A stretch of 30,573 bases of DNA from an uncultured Pseudomonadota bacterium (GCA_913020725.1 CAJWCD010000024.1:1-30573); one strand, 5' to 3'. Shown: positions 6,677-18,440, counted from the first letter of the stretch. A program made the numbers and translations. The notes: generated by a model not told the origin, from the letters alone.

Positions 6677-9127
6677 CTACAATTCCAGTTCGTCCTCGTC
6701 CTCAATCGCCTGTTCTGCCCCAGAAGCATCCGCTGCCGATCCGCATTTGAGGGTCATGAGCGGATCCACCGGAGGCTCTGTCCCCATCCGGAAGTGCTCC
6801 TCCTGCGTTTGGTCGGAAGAGTCGCAGGGTCCGGCGCGGCGACCCGATGAGTGAATCCGCACGGTGATCACGCCTGGAGGTTGCGGAAACTGTTCGGTGG
6901 GCAGGCTGGCCACCGCGTTTTTCATGAACTCCACCCAGATGGGTGCAGCGGCCCGCGAACCACTTTCATGTGGTCCCAGGCTCCGGGGTTGGTCGAATCC
7001 CACATAAACCCCCGTGATCAACTGGGGAATGTAGCCAATGTACCAAGCATCAATGTAGTCGTTGGTCGTTCCGGTCTTGCCCGCCGAAGGCCGCTCGATG
7101 GAACGCGCTCGCCAACCCGTGCCTCGACGCACAACATCCTGGAGCATGTCTCCAACCAGAAAAGCCGTTTCTGGAGAGATCACCTGCTCGGCTTGTGGTT
7201 CCCATTGCTCCAACACGTTGCCGTGCTGATCCTCGACACGGAGGAGGTAAACGGGACGCCGTAGTTTGCCTTGATTGGCATAAACCGCATAGGCACTGAC
7301 CATCTCCTGCAATGTCACTGAAAACGATCCCAGTGCAATGGTGAGGTTGGACGGAATCGTCGTGGTGATGCCAAGCCGCTGGGCGTAGCTGATGATGGTC
7401 CTTGGATCAAGGTCATCCACCAGTCCAATCGTGGGCAGGTTGAGGCTCTTGACCAGAGCCGTCCGCAACGAAACGTTTCCGAGTAGTTTTTTACTGTAAT
7501 TCTTGGGAATCCAGATTTCCGCGCTGCCGTAGCTGGATTCCCCTGTTCGATAGGCCCGGGGGCTGTCGATGAGTTGGCTGGCCGGGGTGTAGCCGGCATC
7601 CAGCGCAGCAGCATAGACGATGGGTTTGAAGGCCGATCCGGGCTGGCGTTTGGCTTGGATTGCCCGGTTGAACTCACTGGTTTCGTGACGGTAACCTCCG
7701 ATCATGGCCAGCACCTGCCCATTTCCAGGGTTCATCACCATCACGGCACCGTTAATCCGTGGGGGTTGGTAGAGTTCCAGCTGGAAGCGGTCGGCTTCCG
7801 AGTGGAAATCCGCCAGCCGCACCCGAACGAGGTCACCTTGGGCAAGGGCATCGCTCAGTTGTTTCAGCGGCTCTGGTGGGTCACCCTGCTGCTCTCCTGC
7901 CAATTGCCAACGGCGGATGCTTTCCCAATCCAACACCCCCTCCTGCCCACCGAGCCAGACCACGGCCTCTTCCTCGTCCAGCGAGGTGACGATGCCATAC
8001 ACAATGTTTCCGAGCAGCATACGGTTCTGCTGCAGCACCTCGTAAGCAGCCAGGGCTTCGGAGTTATTGTCTGAGGTTGCTGTGACAAGCTCGGCGTCGG
8101 TGGCATTGTCCAGAGTTGTGGTCGCGTTGTCTGGGGCCGGTTCTGGCCGGAAGAGCGCCCCGCGATAGCCCTGTCGGCGCGTCAGGTCCAGCACTCCGCG
8201 CTGCAAGGCTTCGTGCGCAAAAATCTGGTAGTCTAGGTCCATCGCCAACTTCACCCGCAATCCCCCTTGGTAGAGGGAATCCTTGCCGTACTTGCTGAGC
8301 AGGTAGCGCCGCGCATGTTCCACATAGTACGCCGTTGCGTCTGCGGTGGGATCGTCAATGCGGATCAGCTTGAGTGGTTCCTGAAGGGCCACGCGATACT
8401 CTCCCGGAGTCAGGTAGTGTTCCTCTAACATGCGCTGCAACACCATATTGCGCCGTTGCAGGGCGAGTTCGGGGTTGACGTTCGGGTTGTAGCGGGAAGG
8501 CGCGGGCAGCACACCCACGAGTAGGGCGCTTTCCGCCACGGTGAGGTCGCGGACGTGCTTGCCAAAATAGCCCTGCGCCGCCGCTTCGACCCCTTCCGCA
8601 TTGCCGAGGAAGACCTTGTTGAGGTAGAGGCTCAGGATCTGCTCCTTGGTGAACTGGCGCTCCAGTTGGAACGCAAGCAGCAACTCCCGGAGTTTGCGGA
8701 TGATGAGCTTTTGTGTGGAGAGCAGGAAGAGCCGGGCGGTCTGCTGGGTGAGGGTGCTGGCCCCCTGCACAAAGCCACCCGCCATGATGTCAATGTAGAG
8801 CGCCTTGAAAATCCGGATCGGGTCAATGCCGTAGTGGGAGAAGAAGCGGCTGTCCTCGCTCGCCAACAGGGCTTGGACTAGGTGAGACGGGAACTCCTCG
8901 AAGGGCACGATGATGCGCCGCTGGATGTAAAGCTCGTCAATTTGGTTGCTATTGCGGTCGTAGATCACCGTAGGGCGCGTGTCACGTTTTTCCAGTTCGG
9001 CGTCAATGTTGGTGGGCAGTTCCTTGCTCAGGTCGTAAAGGAAAACCCCGCTACCAATCCCCAAGGCGGTTGCGAGGAGGATCCCGATCCAGAACAGCCA
9101 CTGCAACCAGCGCCAGACTCGTCTCAT
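6677..9127 (-). CDS. mrcA: Penicillin-binding protein 1A (class A PBP)
   Basis: Transglycosylase motifs EDSRFFSHYGID and GASTLTQQ, OB-like insert, transpeptidase motifs GSAFK, SLN and KTGT, and an N-terminal TM anchor. Confidence 0.93.
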   Translation of the reverse strand: MRRVWRWLQWLFWIGILLATALGIGSGVFLYDLSKELPTNIDAELEKRDTRPTVIYDRNSNQIDELYIQRRIIVPFEEFPSHLVQALLASEDSRFFSHYGIDPIRIFKALYIDIMAGGFVQGASTLTQQTARLFLLSTQKLIIRKLRELLLAFQLERQFTKEQILSLYLNKVFLGNAEGVEAAAQGYFGKHVRDLTVAESALLVGVLPAPSRYNPNVNPELALQRRNMVLQRMLEEHYLTPGEYRVALQEPLKLIRIDDPTADATAYYVEHARRYLLSKYGKDSLYQGGLRVKLAMDLDYQIFAHEALQRGVLDLTRRQGYRGALFRPEPAPDNATTTLDNATDAELVTATSDNNSEALAAYEVLQQNRMLLGNIVYGIVTSLDEEEAVVWLGGQEGVLDWESIRRWQLAGEQQGDPPEPLKQLSDALAQGDLVRVRLADFHSEADRFQLELYQPPRINGAVMVMNPGNGQVLAMIGGYRHETSEFNRAIQAKRQPGSAFKPIVYAAALDAGYTPASQLIDSPRAYRTGESSYGSAEIWIPKNYSKKLLGNVSLRTALVKSLNLPTIGLVDDLDPRTIISYAQRLGITTTIPSNLTIALGSFSVTLQEMVSAYAVYANQGKLRRPVYLLRVEDQHGNVLEQWEPQAEQVISPETAFLVGDMLQDVVRRGTGWRARSIERPSAGKTGTTNDYIDAWYIGYIPQLITGVYVGFDQPRSLGPHESGSRAAAPIWVEFMKNAVASLPTEQFPQPPGVITVRIHSSGRRAGPCDSSDQTQEEHFRMGTEPPVDPLMTLKCGSAADASGAEQAIEDEDELEL

Positions 9128-9193
9128 CAGGGGTTTCGCGAAGAAATTCGTGGAAAATCAACAACCGTGTCCAGCCGCCTGCGGGTTGCAGGC

Positions 9194-9754
9194 TCAGGTC
9201 GATTCTGGAGTGTGATGGAGTCCATCATGGGTTTGGGAGAGGAGTTGGCGCATGGGTTCCTGCCATTCCTCCGGAATGCGCTCCGCGCCAAGCCGCTCCC
9301 AAAATTCCATAAAACTTTCTTTGATGGACGAGTCATGCAGTTCCAGCAGCAGCAGTCTCAGGGCCAAGGCCACCTCGCCGGGGAGTTCGCCCAGTCCGGA
9401 TTTTCGGGACGTTGGTGTGGATGTCCCTTGAAAAACCTCGGCAGAGGTATAGAATAATTTGACCGCTTCGCACTGACACCGTTCGCTGTGCGGAAGGTCC
9501 GGAGGCTGCTTCGCCCGAAATTGTTCCCCGCAACGCAGACCATCATCACGCAGGCACTCGGTTGGAGTGTCCCAGTCTAGGAACGCCCGCACTTCGGCGC
9601 CTTCCAACGTGGTGATCACAGGTTCCGGCGATTTGTGTCGGACGAAGAAATGCTGCTTCTTGAGCCGATAAATCCAGTAGGCTAGTGCAATCGCCACAAC
9701 GGCGATGAGGAGTTTGATCACGGGCGGGAAACGGACACGGTGGCATGGGACCAA
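9194..9754 (-). CDS. Hypothetical membrane-anchored protein with Cys/His motif
   Basis: TM segment IKLLIAVVAIALAYWIY followed by C...DG...PPDLPHSERCQC. The start is uncertain and may be a GTG just before the TM. Confidence 0.6.
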   Translation of the reverse strand: MVPCHRVRFPPVIKLLIAVVAIALAYWIYRLKKQHFFVRHKSPEPVITTLEGAEVRAFLDWDTPTECLRDDGLRCGEQFRAKQPPDLPHSERCQCEAVKLFYTSAEVFQGTSTPTSRKSGLGELPGEVALALRLLLLELHDSSIKESFMEFWERLGAERIPEEWQEPMRQLLSQTHDGLHHTPEST

Positions 9755-10176
9755 AACGTCTTGGCCTCAACATGATGAGATTAAGGAATCTCCCCCAAAC
9801 TTACAAGTTGCCCCTTGCACGTCGCATTCCACCTCGTGGTGCTTGCCCCGTCTCGACGTTCCTGCTGCTCGTCGGTTTCGGGCTACTGCTCGCGGTTGCC
9901 CGGCCTACTGCCGCGCAGGAGAATCTCTCTGCCGAAGCGGCGCCACCCGTAACCTCTTGCGCGGCATTCGCCAAACCCAAGGACATCGTAGAGCGCAAGG
10001 CGCTCCTCGACTGCATCCAGAAGCTGCGAGACGACCGCAAGGCGCAGCGCAAGCAAGAGCGGCTTCAGCGCATCTACGACGGGTCTGTCACCCTCACGGA
10101 GCATGTGAACCGTTTTCTCGGAAAAATGGGGGCTGCAACTTCTCCGGGAAACGCTCCCCCAACCTCCTCGCCCTGA
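9745..10176 (+). CDS. Hypothetical exported protein
   Basis: Signal-peptide-like FLLLVGFGLLLAVARPTAAQE and a two-Cys helical segment. It sits directly upstream of, and co-oriented with, the YdcF gene. The start is uncertain. Confidence 0.5.
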   Translation: MGPKRLGLNMMRLRNLPQTYKLPLARRIPPRGACPVSTFLLLVGFGLLLAVARPTAAQENLSAEAAPPVTSCAAFAKPKDIVERKALLDCIQKLRDDRKAQRKQERLQRIYDGSVTLTEHVNRFLGKMGAATSPGNAPPTSSP

Positions 10177-10182
10177 ATCAAC

Positions 10183-10950
10183 GTGACTGCCGCGCCGCTC
10201 AAACTGATCCTTGAAGAATTGTTCTTCAGCCCCGTTCCTTTTTTGATTCTGCTGCTGATTCTTGCCGGATCGAGTTGGCGTAGAAGCGGCTGGACGCTGC
10301 AAAGCAAAACCCTGCTGGCCGTTTGGATGGTGCTGCTGCTGAGTACGAGTAGTTGGTTCTTCCAGTGGTTTGCCTTCCCACTCAAGTGGCTCACCCCGGA
10401 AAGTGTCCACAAACAGGTGGACGCGATTGTGGTCGCTTCTGCGGGAGTTCACCCTTCCGGAGCCCCCACCCCAAGTTCCACACTGCGGGCCTACACGGCA
10501 GGTCGGCTTTATCTGGAAGGTTTGGCTCCACTCGTGATCGTGACGGGCGGAGTGACCGAGCCCTATGCCCCACCCGTTTCCATCAAGGGGATTCACATCA
10601 TCCTCCGGGGCATGGGGGTCAAGGATGAGGACATCGTGATTGAAAACCTCTCGGCAGACACCTACGGAAACGGCGTGGAGACGGTGAAGATCATTGCAGA
10701 ACGCAACCTCAAGCGCATCCTCCTCGTCTCCCACGACTACCACCTTTTTCGTCTCAGTAGCGTGTTTGAGAAACTGGAGGAGGAACAGCAACTGGAAGTC
10801 GCGCATTATTCGTTTGCCGCCAACCAACAGGACACCGCTCGCATCGTGCCTTGGTGGCAGATCTTCGACTGGGAAAACTTCGGGCGGCTGCAAACCATCG
10901 CCCACGAGTACATTGGTCTGCTCACCTACAAAGCCACGGGGCGTATCTAA
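10183..10950 (+). CDS. YdcF/DUF218 (ElyC/SanA-like) family protein
   Basis: Two N-terminal TMs, [33 protein letters not shown] and HEYIGLLTY motifs. Confidence 0.88.
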   Translation: MTAAPLKLILEELFFSPVPFLILLLILAGSSWRRSGWTLQSKTLLAVWMVLLLSTSSWFFQWFAFPLKWLTPESVHKQVDAIVVASAGVHPSGAPTPSSTLRAYTAGRLYLEGLAPLVIVTGGVTEPYAPPVSIKGIHIILRGMGVKDEDIVIENLSADTYGNGVETVKIIAERNLKRILLVSHDYHLFRLSSVFEKLEEEQQLEVAHYSFAANQQDTARIVPWWQIFDWENFGRLQTIAHEYIGLLTYKATGRI

Positions 10951-10957
10951 CCCCCCA

Positions 10958-13900
10958 ATGCCGAAACGCACCGACCTCCACACCATCCTCCTGATTGGCT
11001 CTGGACCCATCGTCACCGGCCAAGCCTGCGAATTCGACTATAGCGGAACCCAAGCGTGCAAGGCTCTCAAGGAGGAGGGCTACCGGGTGGTGGTGGTCAA
11101 CAGCAACCCCGCGACCATCATGACTGATCCCGGCTTGGTGGATGCGACCTATATCGAGCCAATCACCCCCCATGCCGTTGAACAGATCATCATTCAGGAG
11201 CGTCCGGACGCGCTGCTGCCCACGATGGGAGGCCAAACCGCACTCAACATGGCGATGCGGCTTGCGGAGGATGGCATTTTGGAAAAGCACGGAGTGCAGC
11301 TCATTGGGGCCACTCCGGAGGTGATCCGCAAAGCGGAAGACCGGGATGAGTTCCGGAAGGCGATGCAGTCGCTTGGATTCGCTATGCCCACCAGCACGAT
11401 GGTTGCTGCCGTGGAGGATGCCCTTGCCTTCGCGGAAACCACACCCTACCCGCTCATCGTCCGCCCCTCCTTCACAATGGGAGGCGCCGGAGGCGGCATC
11501 GCGCACAACCCCGAACAACTGCGTAGCATCGTTTCCGGTGGGCTGACGGTCTCCCCCACCAGTGAGGTGCTGGTGGAGCAGTCGATCCTCGGCTGGAAGG
11601 AGTACGAACTGGAGGTGATGCGGGACCACAAGGACAACGTGGTCATCATCTGCTCCATCGAGAACCTCGACCCGATGGGCGTCCACACGGGCGACAGCAT
11701 CACCGTGGTCCCCGCGCAGACGCTCAGCGACCGCGAGTATCAGGCACTGCGCGACATGTCGCTGGCGATCATGCGCGAAATCGGAGTGGACACCGGCGGC
11801 TCCAACGTCCAGTTCGCGGTGCATCCGGAAACGGGCGAGGTCATGGTCATCGAGCTGAACCCCCGGGTTTCCCGGAGTTCCGCGCTGGCCTCCAAGGCAA
11901 CCGGATTCCCCATCGCCAAAATCACGGCGAAGCTTGCCGTGGGCTACACGCTGGACGAAATTCCGAACGACATCACCCACAAAACCCCCGCCTGCTTTGA
12001 GCCGTCCCTCGACTATGTTGTCACCAAGATTCCACGCTTCACCTTCGAGAAATTCTCGACCACGCCGGACCTGCTCGGCACCCAAATGCAGTCGGTCGGT
12101 GAGGTCATGGCGATTGGACGCACCTTCCGGGAATCGTTTCAGAAGGCACTGCGCTCGCTGGAAACGGGCACCTGCGGACTCGATGAGCCGGACTACTCGA
12201 AGCACCCTGGACCCCCGGAAGCCGTGCTTGAAAAACTCCTTCAGTTCCCGAGCAGTCAGAGCATCTGGTTCGTGGCCGACGCCATCCGACATGGGTGGAG
12301 CGATGAACGCCTGCATCAATTCAGCCACATCGATCCATGGTTCCTTGCACAAATCCGTTCACTGGTCACGGCAGAACGAAACATCCGGAAGACAGGCCGC
12401 AGCGAGATGACGCCGGTGTTGCTCCGGAACTGGAAACGCCTCGGGTTTTCTGATGAACGACTGGCCTTTCTGCTAGAAATCACGACTGCGGAAATCTCAA
12501 AACTGCGCCGCGAATGGAACATCCTGCCGGTCTACAAACTGGTGGACACTTGCGCTGCCGAATTCCCTTCTGAAACCCCTTATTTTTACTCGACCTACGA
12601 GGATGAAAACGAGTCCCTGCCCACTGATGCCCCCAAGGTACTCATCCTCGGTAGTGGTCCTAACCGTATCGGGCAGGGCATCGAGTTCGACTATTGCTGC
12701 GTCCACGCGGCTTTTGCCCTCCGGGAGTTGGGCTACGAGGCGGTCATGCTCAACTGCAACCCCGAAACCGTCAGCACCGACTACGACCCCTCCGATCGTC
12801 TCTACTTCGAGCCGATCACCTTTGAGGACGTCATGCATGTGGTCGAGTTGGAACGGCCCTTGGGGGTGATCGTCCAGCTTGGCGGGCAGACGCCTCTGAA
12901 ACTGGCGAAAGCCTTGAAGCAAGCCGGAGTGCGGTTGCTGGGCACCCCCTTCCGGAGCATTGATCGCGCCGAGGACCGTGCGCAGTTTGCGGGACTGCTT
13001 CGCAAGCTCAACCTCAAACAACCCCGCAACGGCATGGCCCGCTCACTGGGCGAGGCGGTTCAAATCGGAAACGAGATCGGCTATCCGCTGTTGTTGCGCC
13101 CCTCCTACGTCCTTGGCGGGCGAGCGATGATGGTGGCGCCCTCCGAGGAGCAACTCAAGGAATGCTTTGCCGAAGCCCTCAACGCTGCCCCGGAGCATCC
13201 CGTGCTGATTGACGAGTTTCTAGTAGGTGCCATTGAGGTGGATGCCGATTTTATTGGAGATGGAGAACACGCGGAACTTGGCGGCATCATGGAGCATATC
13301 GAAGCCGCTGGAGTTCATTCCGGAGACAGTGCCTGTGTGCTGCCCCCCCACCAACTCTCTCCTGAAGTCATGCGGACCATCGAGGAGCAGGGCCGTTTGC
13401 TGGCACTGGAACTGAAGGTGTGCGGGCTGATGAACGTGCAGTTTGCGGTCAAGGACGGCGAGGTGTACATCATTGAGGTCAACCCACGAGCGTCACGAAC
13501 GGTTCCGTTTGTCAGCAAGGCCAGCGGTCAGCCGCTCGCCAAGTACGCCACCCGGCTCATGCTGGGCGCAACGCTGGAAGGCTTGGGCTACCGCTACACC
13601 GTCCCGGATGGTTACTCGGTCAAGAAAACCGTCTTTTCGTTTGCGTGCTTTGCCGGAGCCGATGCGGAGCTTGCCCCGGAGATGCGGTCAACCGGCGAGG
13701 TGATGGGACGTGGGAAGAGTTTTGAGGAGGCATACATGAAGGCGCAGGCCGCCGTTTACAGCCCGAAGCTTTCAAACGCTCGCAGTGTTTTCATTGGGAT
13801 GCGGGGCGCGGACAAGGCGCAAATGGTTCTCGTCGCACAGCAACTTGTTCGCCAAGGCTACCGGATCCTTGCCACGGCAGGCACCGCCGACGTGCTGGAG

Positions 13901-14182
13901 CAAGCAGGGATTGCAGACATCCAATGCGTCCACATGCAGCCGGGGCAGCCGGACAGCCTCCAGGATTTTCTGCACCGGGGAGAGGTCGCACTGCTCATCA
14001 ACACCACCCGCTCGCGCAAGCGCAAGATGGGCGCGACCCACATCCGCAGGCTCGTCCTGCACTACAACCTGCCCTACTGCACCACCGTGGAGGGCGCCCA
14101 GCACTATGTCCAGTCCTTCACCAAGTTCGGGACGCTGGATCGCTTCCGTTATGTTTCGTTGCCGATGCCGGAAGCCTCCTGA
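10958..14182 (+). CDS. carB: Carbamoyl-phosphate synthase large subunit
   Basis: [37 protein letters not shown], duplicated ATP-grasp domains ([17 protein letters not shown]) and a C-terminal MGS domain. Confidence 0.97.
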   Translation: MPKRTDLHTILLIGSGPIVTGQACEFDYSGTQACKALKEEGYRVVVVNSNPATIMTDPGLVDATYIEPITPHAVEQIIIQERPDALLPTMGGQTALNMAMRLAEDGILEKHGVQLIGATPEVIRKAEDRDEFRKAMQSLGFAMPTSTMVAAVEDALAFAETTPYPLIVRPSFTMGGAGGGIAHNPEQLRSIVSGGLTVSPTSEVLVEQSILGWKEYELEVMRDHKDNVVIICSIENLDPMGVHTGDSITVVPAQTLSDREYQALRDMSLAIMREIGVDTGGSNVQFAVHPETGEVMVIELNPRVSRSSALASKATGFPIAKITAKLAVGYTLDEIPNDITHKTPACFEPSLDYVVTKIPRFTFEKFSTTPDLLGTQMQSVGEVMAIGRTFRESFQKALRSLETGTCGLDEPDYSKHPGPPEAVLEKLLQFPSSQSIWFVADAIRHGWSDERLHQFSHIDPWFLAQIRSLVTAERNIRKTGRSEMTPVLLRNWKRLGFSDERLAFLLEITTAEISKLRREWNILPVYKLVDTCAAEFPSETPYFYSTYEDENESLPTDAPKVLILGSGPNRIGQGIEFDYCCVHAAFALRELGYEAVMLNCNPETVSTDYDPSDRLYFEPITFEDVMHVVELERPLGVIVQLGGQTPLKLAKALKQAGVRLLGTPFRSIDRAEDRAQFAGLLRKLNLKQPRNGMARSLGEAVQIGNEIGYPLLLRPSYVLGGRAMMVAPSEEQLKECFAEALNAAPEHPVLIDEFLVGAIEVDADFIGDGEHAELGGIMEHIEAAGVHSGDSACVLPPHQLSPEVMRTIEEQGRLLALELKVCGLMNVQFAVKDGEVYIIEVNPRASRTVPFVSKASGQPLAKYATRLMLGATLEGLGYRYTVPDGYSVKKTVFSFACFAGADAELAPEMRSTGEVMGRGKSFEEAYMKAQAAVYSPKLSNARSVFIGMRGADKAQMVLVAQQLVRQGYRILATAGTADVLEQAGIADIQCVHMQPGQPDSLQDFLHRGEVALLINTTRSRKRKMGATHIRRLVLHYNLPYCTTVEGAQHYVQSFTKFGTLDRFRYVSLPMPEAS

Positions 14183-14466
14183 ACGGAGGGCGGCTTTCCG
14201 AGTTCACGGTCCTCTTCTGCTGCCCGGGCGGCAAGGTACTGCCGCTGCAACGTCAGCTTCTGCTGCTGGTAGTCGGCACGGGAGATCCGTCCCATCAACT
14301 GATCCTCCTCCAACTCGCTGAGCGCGGCCAGCAGCGCGTCTCGCTGACTGAATTCTTCAGCGTCTGGAACCGGAAGCTGGTACTTTCGCAAGGGCTGGAA
14401 AAACAGAGGATAGGTGATGAAGAATAACGTCCCCAACCCTAGCAACGCAGCGATAGTAAACAACAT
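14149..14466 (-). CDS. Small membrane protein, CcmI N-terminal-like
   Basis: N-terminal TM followed by [32 protein letters not shown], resembling the CcmI/CycH N-terminal motif. Confidence 0.6.
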   Translation of the reverse strand: MLFTIAALLGLGTLFFITYPLFFQPLRKYQLPVPDAEEFSQRDALLAALSELEEDQLMGRISRADYQQQKLTLQRQYLAARAAEEDRELGKPPSVQEASGIGNET

Positions 14467-14470
14467 GGGA

Positions 14471-14902
14471 TTATCTCTGCAAGATTGCTTGCTGAAGTGT
14501 TCCGCCCTGCAATGCCCTGAGGAATTCCTCCTGAAGCACATCCTCCGCCATCAGTGCTTCAAAGCGGTTCCAGCGGTCGCTGAGGTGCCAGTAGCCAACG
14601 AGGCATTCAAAGCCGGTCGCTTGTCGATAATCTCGGATCGATGCATGGCGTGGAGGCGAGAGGGGCTTCATGTTGACACCACGACGGCAAACCTGCTGTT
14701 CGGCAGGTGTCAGCAGAGGCAGCAGATGACGCAGCAGGCGAGCTTGCGTTTGGCAGCGGACCAGTTGTGTAACCCGCTGATTGGTAAGACCGGAGCCGAG
14801 GTTGAGTTGCAACACCCGTTCTCGGCACCAGAGGGCATAGCGGGCGTCACCGAGGTAGGCGAGCGCGAACGAAGTCTGCTGGGCGGGATTGTCGCTGGCC
14901 AA
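14471..14902 (-). CDS. mrnC: Mini-ribonuclease III
   Basis: ALAYLGDA...V-x3-QARLL...LTPAEQQVCRRGVN...YRQATGFECLVGY. RNase III catalytic domain without dsRBD, with the catalytic D and E present. Start approximate. Confidence 0.85.
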   Translation of the reverse strand: MASDNPAQQTSFALAYLGDARYALWCRERVLQLNLGSGLTNQRVTQLVRCQTQARLLRHLLPLLTPAEQQVCRRGVNMKPLSPPRHASIRDYRQATGFECLVGYWHLSDRWNRFEALMAEDVLQEEFLRALQGGTLQQAILQR

Positions 14903-14905
14903 GAA

Positions 14906-15418
14906 CTACCACCCCTGATCCTGATTGCAGACGAGGCGCCCCTTGCGAATCCGGAAGAGGCCGTTGGTAATGATCCGGCGGTCAAGGATTTCCAACTCCT
15001 TCTCCCGCATCGGAACGCCAAAGCTGCCGTCCTTGCGCAACACGACTTGGGTTCCGGGCTTGGCGTTGAAGGTGTCCATTCCGTAGTCCACTCGCAGGGC
15101 CTCCGGAGATTCGTGCGGTTTGCGGCGCGGATTCTCGGAGATTTTCGCGTCCGGAGATTTCAGCAGGCAAACGTAGCGATCGTCGCCTTCGCCTAGTGAG
15201 CGACTGTGGAGTTTGTAATGCGTGCCCACCTTGTGGACGATGCGGCGGTGGAAGGAACTCATTGGTTCAAACGGCAGCACCTCTTCGTCGGACTCTAGGA
15301 AATCCTGGACGGCGTTACGGGTGGCCTGCAAAAGTTCCTGCTCGCGCTCGGAAAGTTCCATGTCGTCAATCATGACCTCGGATCGTTCCGAGGTCGCGGT
15401 CTCTGTTTGCTCTGTCAT
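14906..15418 (-). CDS. R3H domain protein
   Basis: FEPMSSFHRRIVHKVGTHYKLHSRSLGEGDDRYV is the R-x3-H single-stranded nucleic acid binding motif. It has an extra unrecognised C-terminal domain. Confidence 0.85.
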   Translation of the reverse strand: MTEQTETATSERSEVMIDDMELSEREQELLQATRNAVQDFLESDEEVLPFEPMSSFHRRIVHKVGTHYKLHSRSLGEGDDRYVCLLKSPDAKISENPRRKPHESPEALRVDYGMDTFNAKPGTQVVLRKDGSFGVPMREKELEILDRRIITNGLFRIRKGRLVCNQDQGW

Positions 15419-15431
15419 GATGGGCTGGGGA

Positions 15432-17903
15432 TCAAGAATAGGATTTGTGGGAATAGGCCGGAACGCCTTCGGGGTAATCTCCTTGCGGCAAAATTGTCAT
15501 TGGGGTGTCGGACGTTTCTTCGTTGGCGTCTTCTGGTGGGTCAATGACAACTGCCGGGAGCCGTTCTAGCGCATGCTGGAGGACTTCGTCCATTTGCTGT
15601 ACGGGGATGACCGCGAGATCCTTGGTGATCTCCTCCGGAATTTCTGCGAGATCTTTCTCGTTTCTCTTGGGGATGAGAACCGTCCGGATCATGCCGCGCT
15701 TGGCGGCAAGCAGTTTTTCTTTGAGTCCACCGATGGGCAGCACCTTGCCACGTAGGGTCACTTCTCCGGTCATGGCGACATCGTGCCGTACCGGAATTCC
15801 TGTGAACGCGCTGACCAAGGTGGTGGCGATGGTCACGCCCGCCGACGGGCCGTCTTTGGGAACCGCGCCTTCCGGAACATGTACATGGATGTCGGTTTTC
15901 TGGAAGACAGAGGAATAGATGCCCAAGGGGTTTGCGTTGGTCCGGACATAGCTGAGGGCCGCCTGCGCGGATTCCTTCATCACGTCACCCAGTTTGCCGG
16001 TGAGTTGCACCTTTCCTGATCCCTGCATGATGCTCGCTTCGGTGGTGAGCAGTTCGCCTCCCGCCTGGGTCCAAGCAAGTCCGGTTGTTACTCCGACCTC
16101 GCTTTTATCTTCGGCGCTGTTGTGCTTGTAGCGCGGCACACCAAGCATTTCCCGGACGCGCTTGGGCGTGACGTTGATCTTCTTGGTGCGTGGGTTGCGG
16201 ACTAGTAGCGTTGCGGCCTTGCGGCAGACTTTAGCGATCTCGCGTTCCAAGTTCCGGACACCCGCCTCACGGGTGTAGTGCTGGATGATGTTGGCGACTG
16301 CGGTGTTCTGGAAGTGAAGTTGCTTTGGGTTCAGCCCATTTTCCTCGACCTGCTTGGGAACAAGATGCTGGAAGGCGATGTGTCCCTTCTCCAACTCGGT
16401 GTAACCGGCAAGGTTGATGATCTCCATGCGGTCCTGCAAGGTGACCGGAATGTTCTGCCCCACGTTGGCCGTACAGAAGAAGAGGACATCGGAGAGGTCG
16501 AACTCCACCTCAAGGTAGTGGTCCATGAAGGTGTTGTTCTGCTCCGGGTCCAGCACTTCCAGCAGCGCCGCTGCCGGATCGCCCATCACGCCTCGGGTCA
16601 TCTTGTCCACCTCGTCAAGCAGCAAGAGCGGGTTACAGCTCTTCACCTTGCGGAGCGAGGTGATGATCTTGCCCGGCAGCGCACCAACGTAGGTGCGGCG
16701 GTGTCCGCGGATCTCGGCTTCGTCCCGGATGCCTCCCAAGCTGATGCGTGTGAATTTGCGTCCGAGGGCTTCAGCAACAGATCGTGCCAAGGAGGTCTTG
16801 CCGACTCCGGGAGGGCCAACGAGGCAGATGATCGGCCCCTTCATTTGCCCCACCTGTTTTGCGACCGCGAGGTATTCGATGATGCGCTCCTTGATCTTCT
16901 CCAAACCGTAGTGGTGTTCGTCAAGAATGCGCTCGGCTTCATCAAGGTCAAACTTGTCCTCGGTCTTCTCATCCCACGGCATGGAGAGCAAGCAGTCGAG
17001 GTAGTTCCGGACCACGTTGGCCTCGGCGGACATGGGCGGCATCATCTTGAGCTTTTTCAGCTCGCGCTCCCCCATCTCCTTGGCCTCTTCCGGCAGTGAC
17101 AGTTCCTCCAGTTTCTTGGTGTACTCCTCAAGCTCGGCCTTGCCGTCCTCGCCCTGTCCGAGCTCCTTCTGGATCGCCTTGACCTGCTCGTTGAGGTAAT
17201 ACTCCTTCTGGGTGCGGCCAATCTGACCCTGCACGCGCTCCTTGAGCTTGCGCTCGACCTTCTTGAACTCGCACTCCTCCAGCATCCGCTCAAAGACCAC
17301 CTCGAGACGCTTGTGGGGATCCTCAATCTCCAGCAGTTCCTGCTTCTTCTTGAGATCCATATTGAGCAGCGGCGCAATCCTGTCGGCGAGCCGGAAGGGT
17401 GATTCGGAATCGATCGCGAGTTTTTCGATGCCCTCGGTATGCCGCTTGACTTCCTTCAAGTAACGCTTGAACTCACTGCGGACATTCTTGCTGAGCGCGA
17501 CCAGTTCCGGATGCTGCTCCTCACTTTCGAAAATCGGTTCGACGAGCGCGGCATAGTACGGGTCACCCAACCGGGCCTCTATGAGTTTTCCTCGGGATTT
17601 TGCCTCAAACAGCGCCTTGATCGTCCCATTGTGGAGCCGCATGATCTGAAGCACCTGTCCAATCGTGCCTACGGAAAATAGGTCATCGGCACCGGGCTCC
17701 TCCACGAGCGGATCCTGCTGGGCGACCACAAAGATGCGGCGGTCTTGCGCGAGGGCTTCTTCAAGCGAGGCGATGGAAAACGCACGACCAATAAAGAACG
17801 GGGCGGTCATGTGCGGAAAAACCACGATGTCCCGCATCGGGAGCATCGGGAGCGTCAAACGCTGCAGTTGGGGCTCAGAAGGGTCAGTTGTTGGCATCGG
17901 CAT
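15432..17903 (-). CDS. lon: ATP-dependent protease La (Lon)
   Basis: LON N-domain ([10 protein letters not shown]), Walker [10 protein letters not shown], Walker B LLDEVDK, catalytic PKDGPSAG and GGLKEK. Confidence 0.97.
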   Translation of the reverse strand: MPMPTTDPSEPQLQRLTLPMLPMRDIVVFPHMTAPFFIGRAFSIASLEEALAQDRRIFVVAQQDPLVEEPGADDLFSVGTIGQVLQIMRLHNGTIKALFEAKSRGKLIEARLGDPYYAALVEPIFESEEQHPELVALSKNVRSEFKRYLKEVKRHTEGIEKLAIDSESPFRLADRIAPLLNMDLKKKQELLEIEDPHKRLEVVFERMLEECEFKKVERKLKERVQGQIGRTQKEYYLNEQVKAIQKELGQGEDGKAELEEYTKKLEELSLPEEAKEMGERELKKLKMMPPMSAEANVVRNYLDCLLSMPWDEKTEDKFDLDEAERILDEHHYGLEKIKERIIEYLAVAKQVGQMKGPIICLVGPPGVGKTSLARSVAEALGRKFTRISLGGIRDEAEIRGHRRTYVGALPGKIITSLRKVKSCNPLLLLDEVDKMTRGVMGDPAAALLEVLDPEQNNTFMDHYLEVEFDLSDVLFFCTANVGQNIPVTLQDRMEIINLAGYTELEKGHIAFQHLVPKQVEENGLNPKQLHFQNTAVANIIQHYTREAGVRNLEREIAKVCRKAATLLVRNPRTKKINVTPKRVREMLGVPRYKHNSAEDKSEVGVTTGLAWTQAGGELLTTEASIMQGSGKVQLTGKLGDVMKESAQAALSYVRTNANPLGIYSSVFQKTDIHVHVPEGAVPKDGPSAGVTIATTLVSAFTGIPVRHDVAMTGEVTLRGKVLPIGGLKEKLLAAKRGMIRTVLIPKRNEKDLAEIPEEITKDLAVIPVQQMDEVLQHALERLPAVVIDPPEDANEETSDTPMTILPQGDYPEGVPAYSHKSYS

Positions 17904-18003
17904 AGAAAATGAGACAGAGGTCAGGTGATTGTGATCACGGGACCAGGTTCATTTAATCTACCACCCCCCGGAAAAAAGGCAAGCAATCCGGAACACGAGA
18001 AGC

Positions 18004-18351
18004 TCAGTCCAGCCTCTGGGGACGCACCGCAACCTCGGCGCACCAACGGTTGCCGTCTGCGTAAATCCGCACCGTCTTGAATTTGGGAATGTAGCGTTCG
18101 CCCTTGACCACGGAACGCAGATGGAAGCCCGCGGTCTCCTGTGCAAGACGTTCGGCCTCTTGCTTTTCCACAGCGCACGCACGCCCCCGAATGAGGACAT
18201 CCAGGCCACCTCGGTCGATCACTTCGTAGGTGGGATCGTAACTGCTGCGCATGCTAAAACCACCGCAGGCCGTCAGGAATCCGAGCGCGAGGACGCTGTA
18301 CAGCAGGAACCGTCCCTGACAGTTGTGGAGGTTGATCAAAAAAAAGCGCAT
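18004..18351 (-). CDS. Hypothetical lipoprotein
   Basis: Hydrophobic stretch ending in the lipobox FLTAC. Start uncertain. Confidence 0.55.
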   Translation of the reverse strand: MRFFLINLHNCQGRFLLYSVLALGFLTACGGFSMRSSYDPTYEVIDRGGLDVLIRGRACAVEKQEAERLAQETAGFHLRSVVKGERYIPKFKTVRIYADGNRWCAEVAVRPQRLD

Positions 18352-18440
18352 GGCTAGGGTGTCGGCTTGACAAGTCTTGGGGGGATTTTCAAACTGGTCT
18401 TCTTCATTCTTGGAATTCAACAACTCTGCCAACGCCATCC

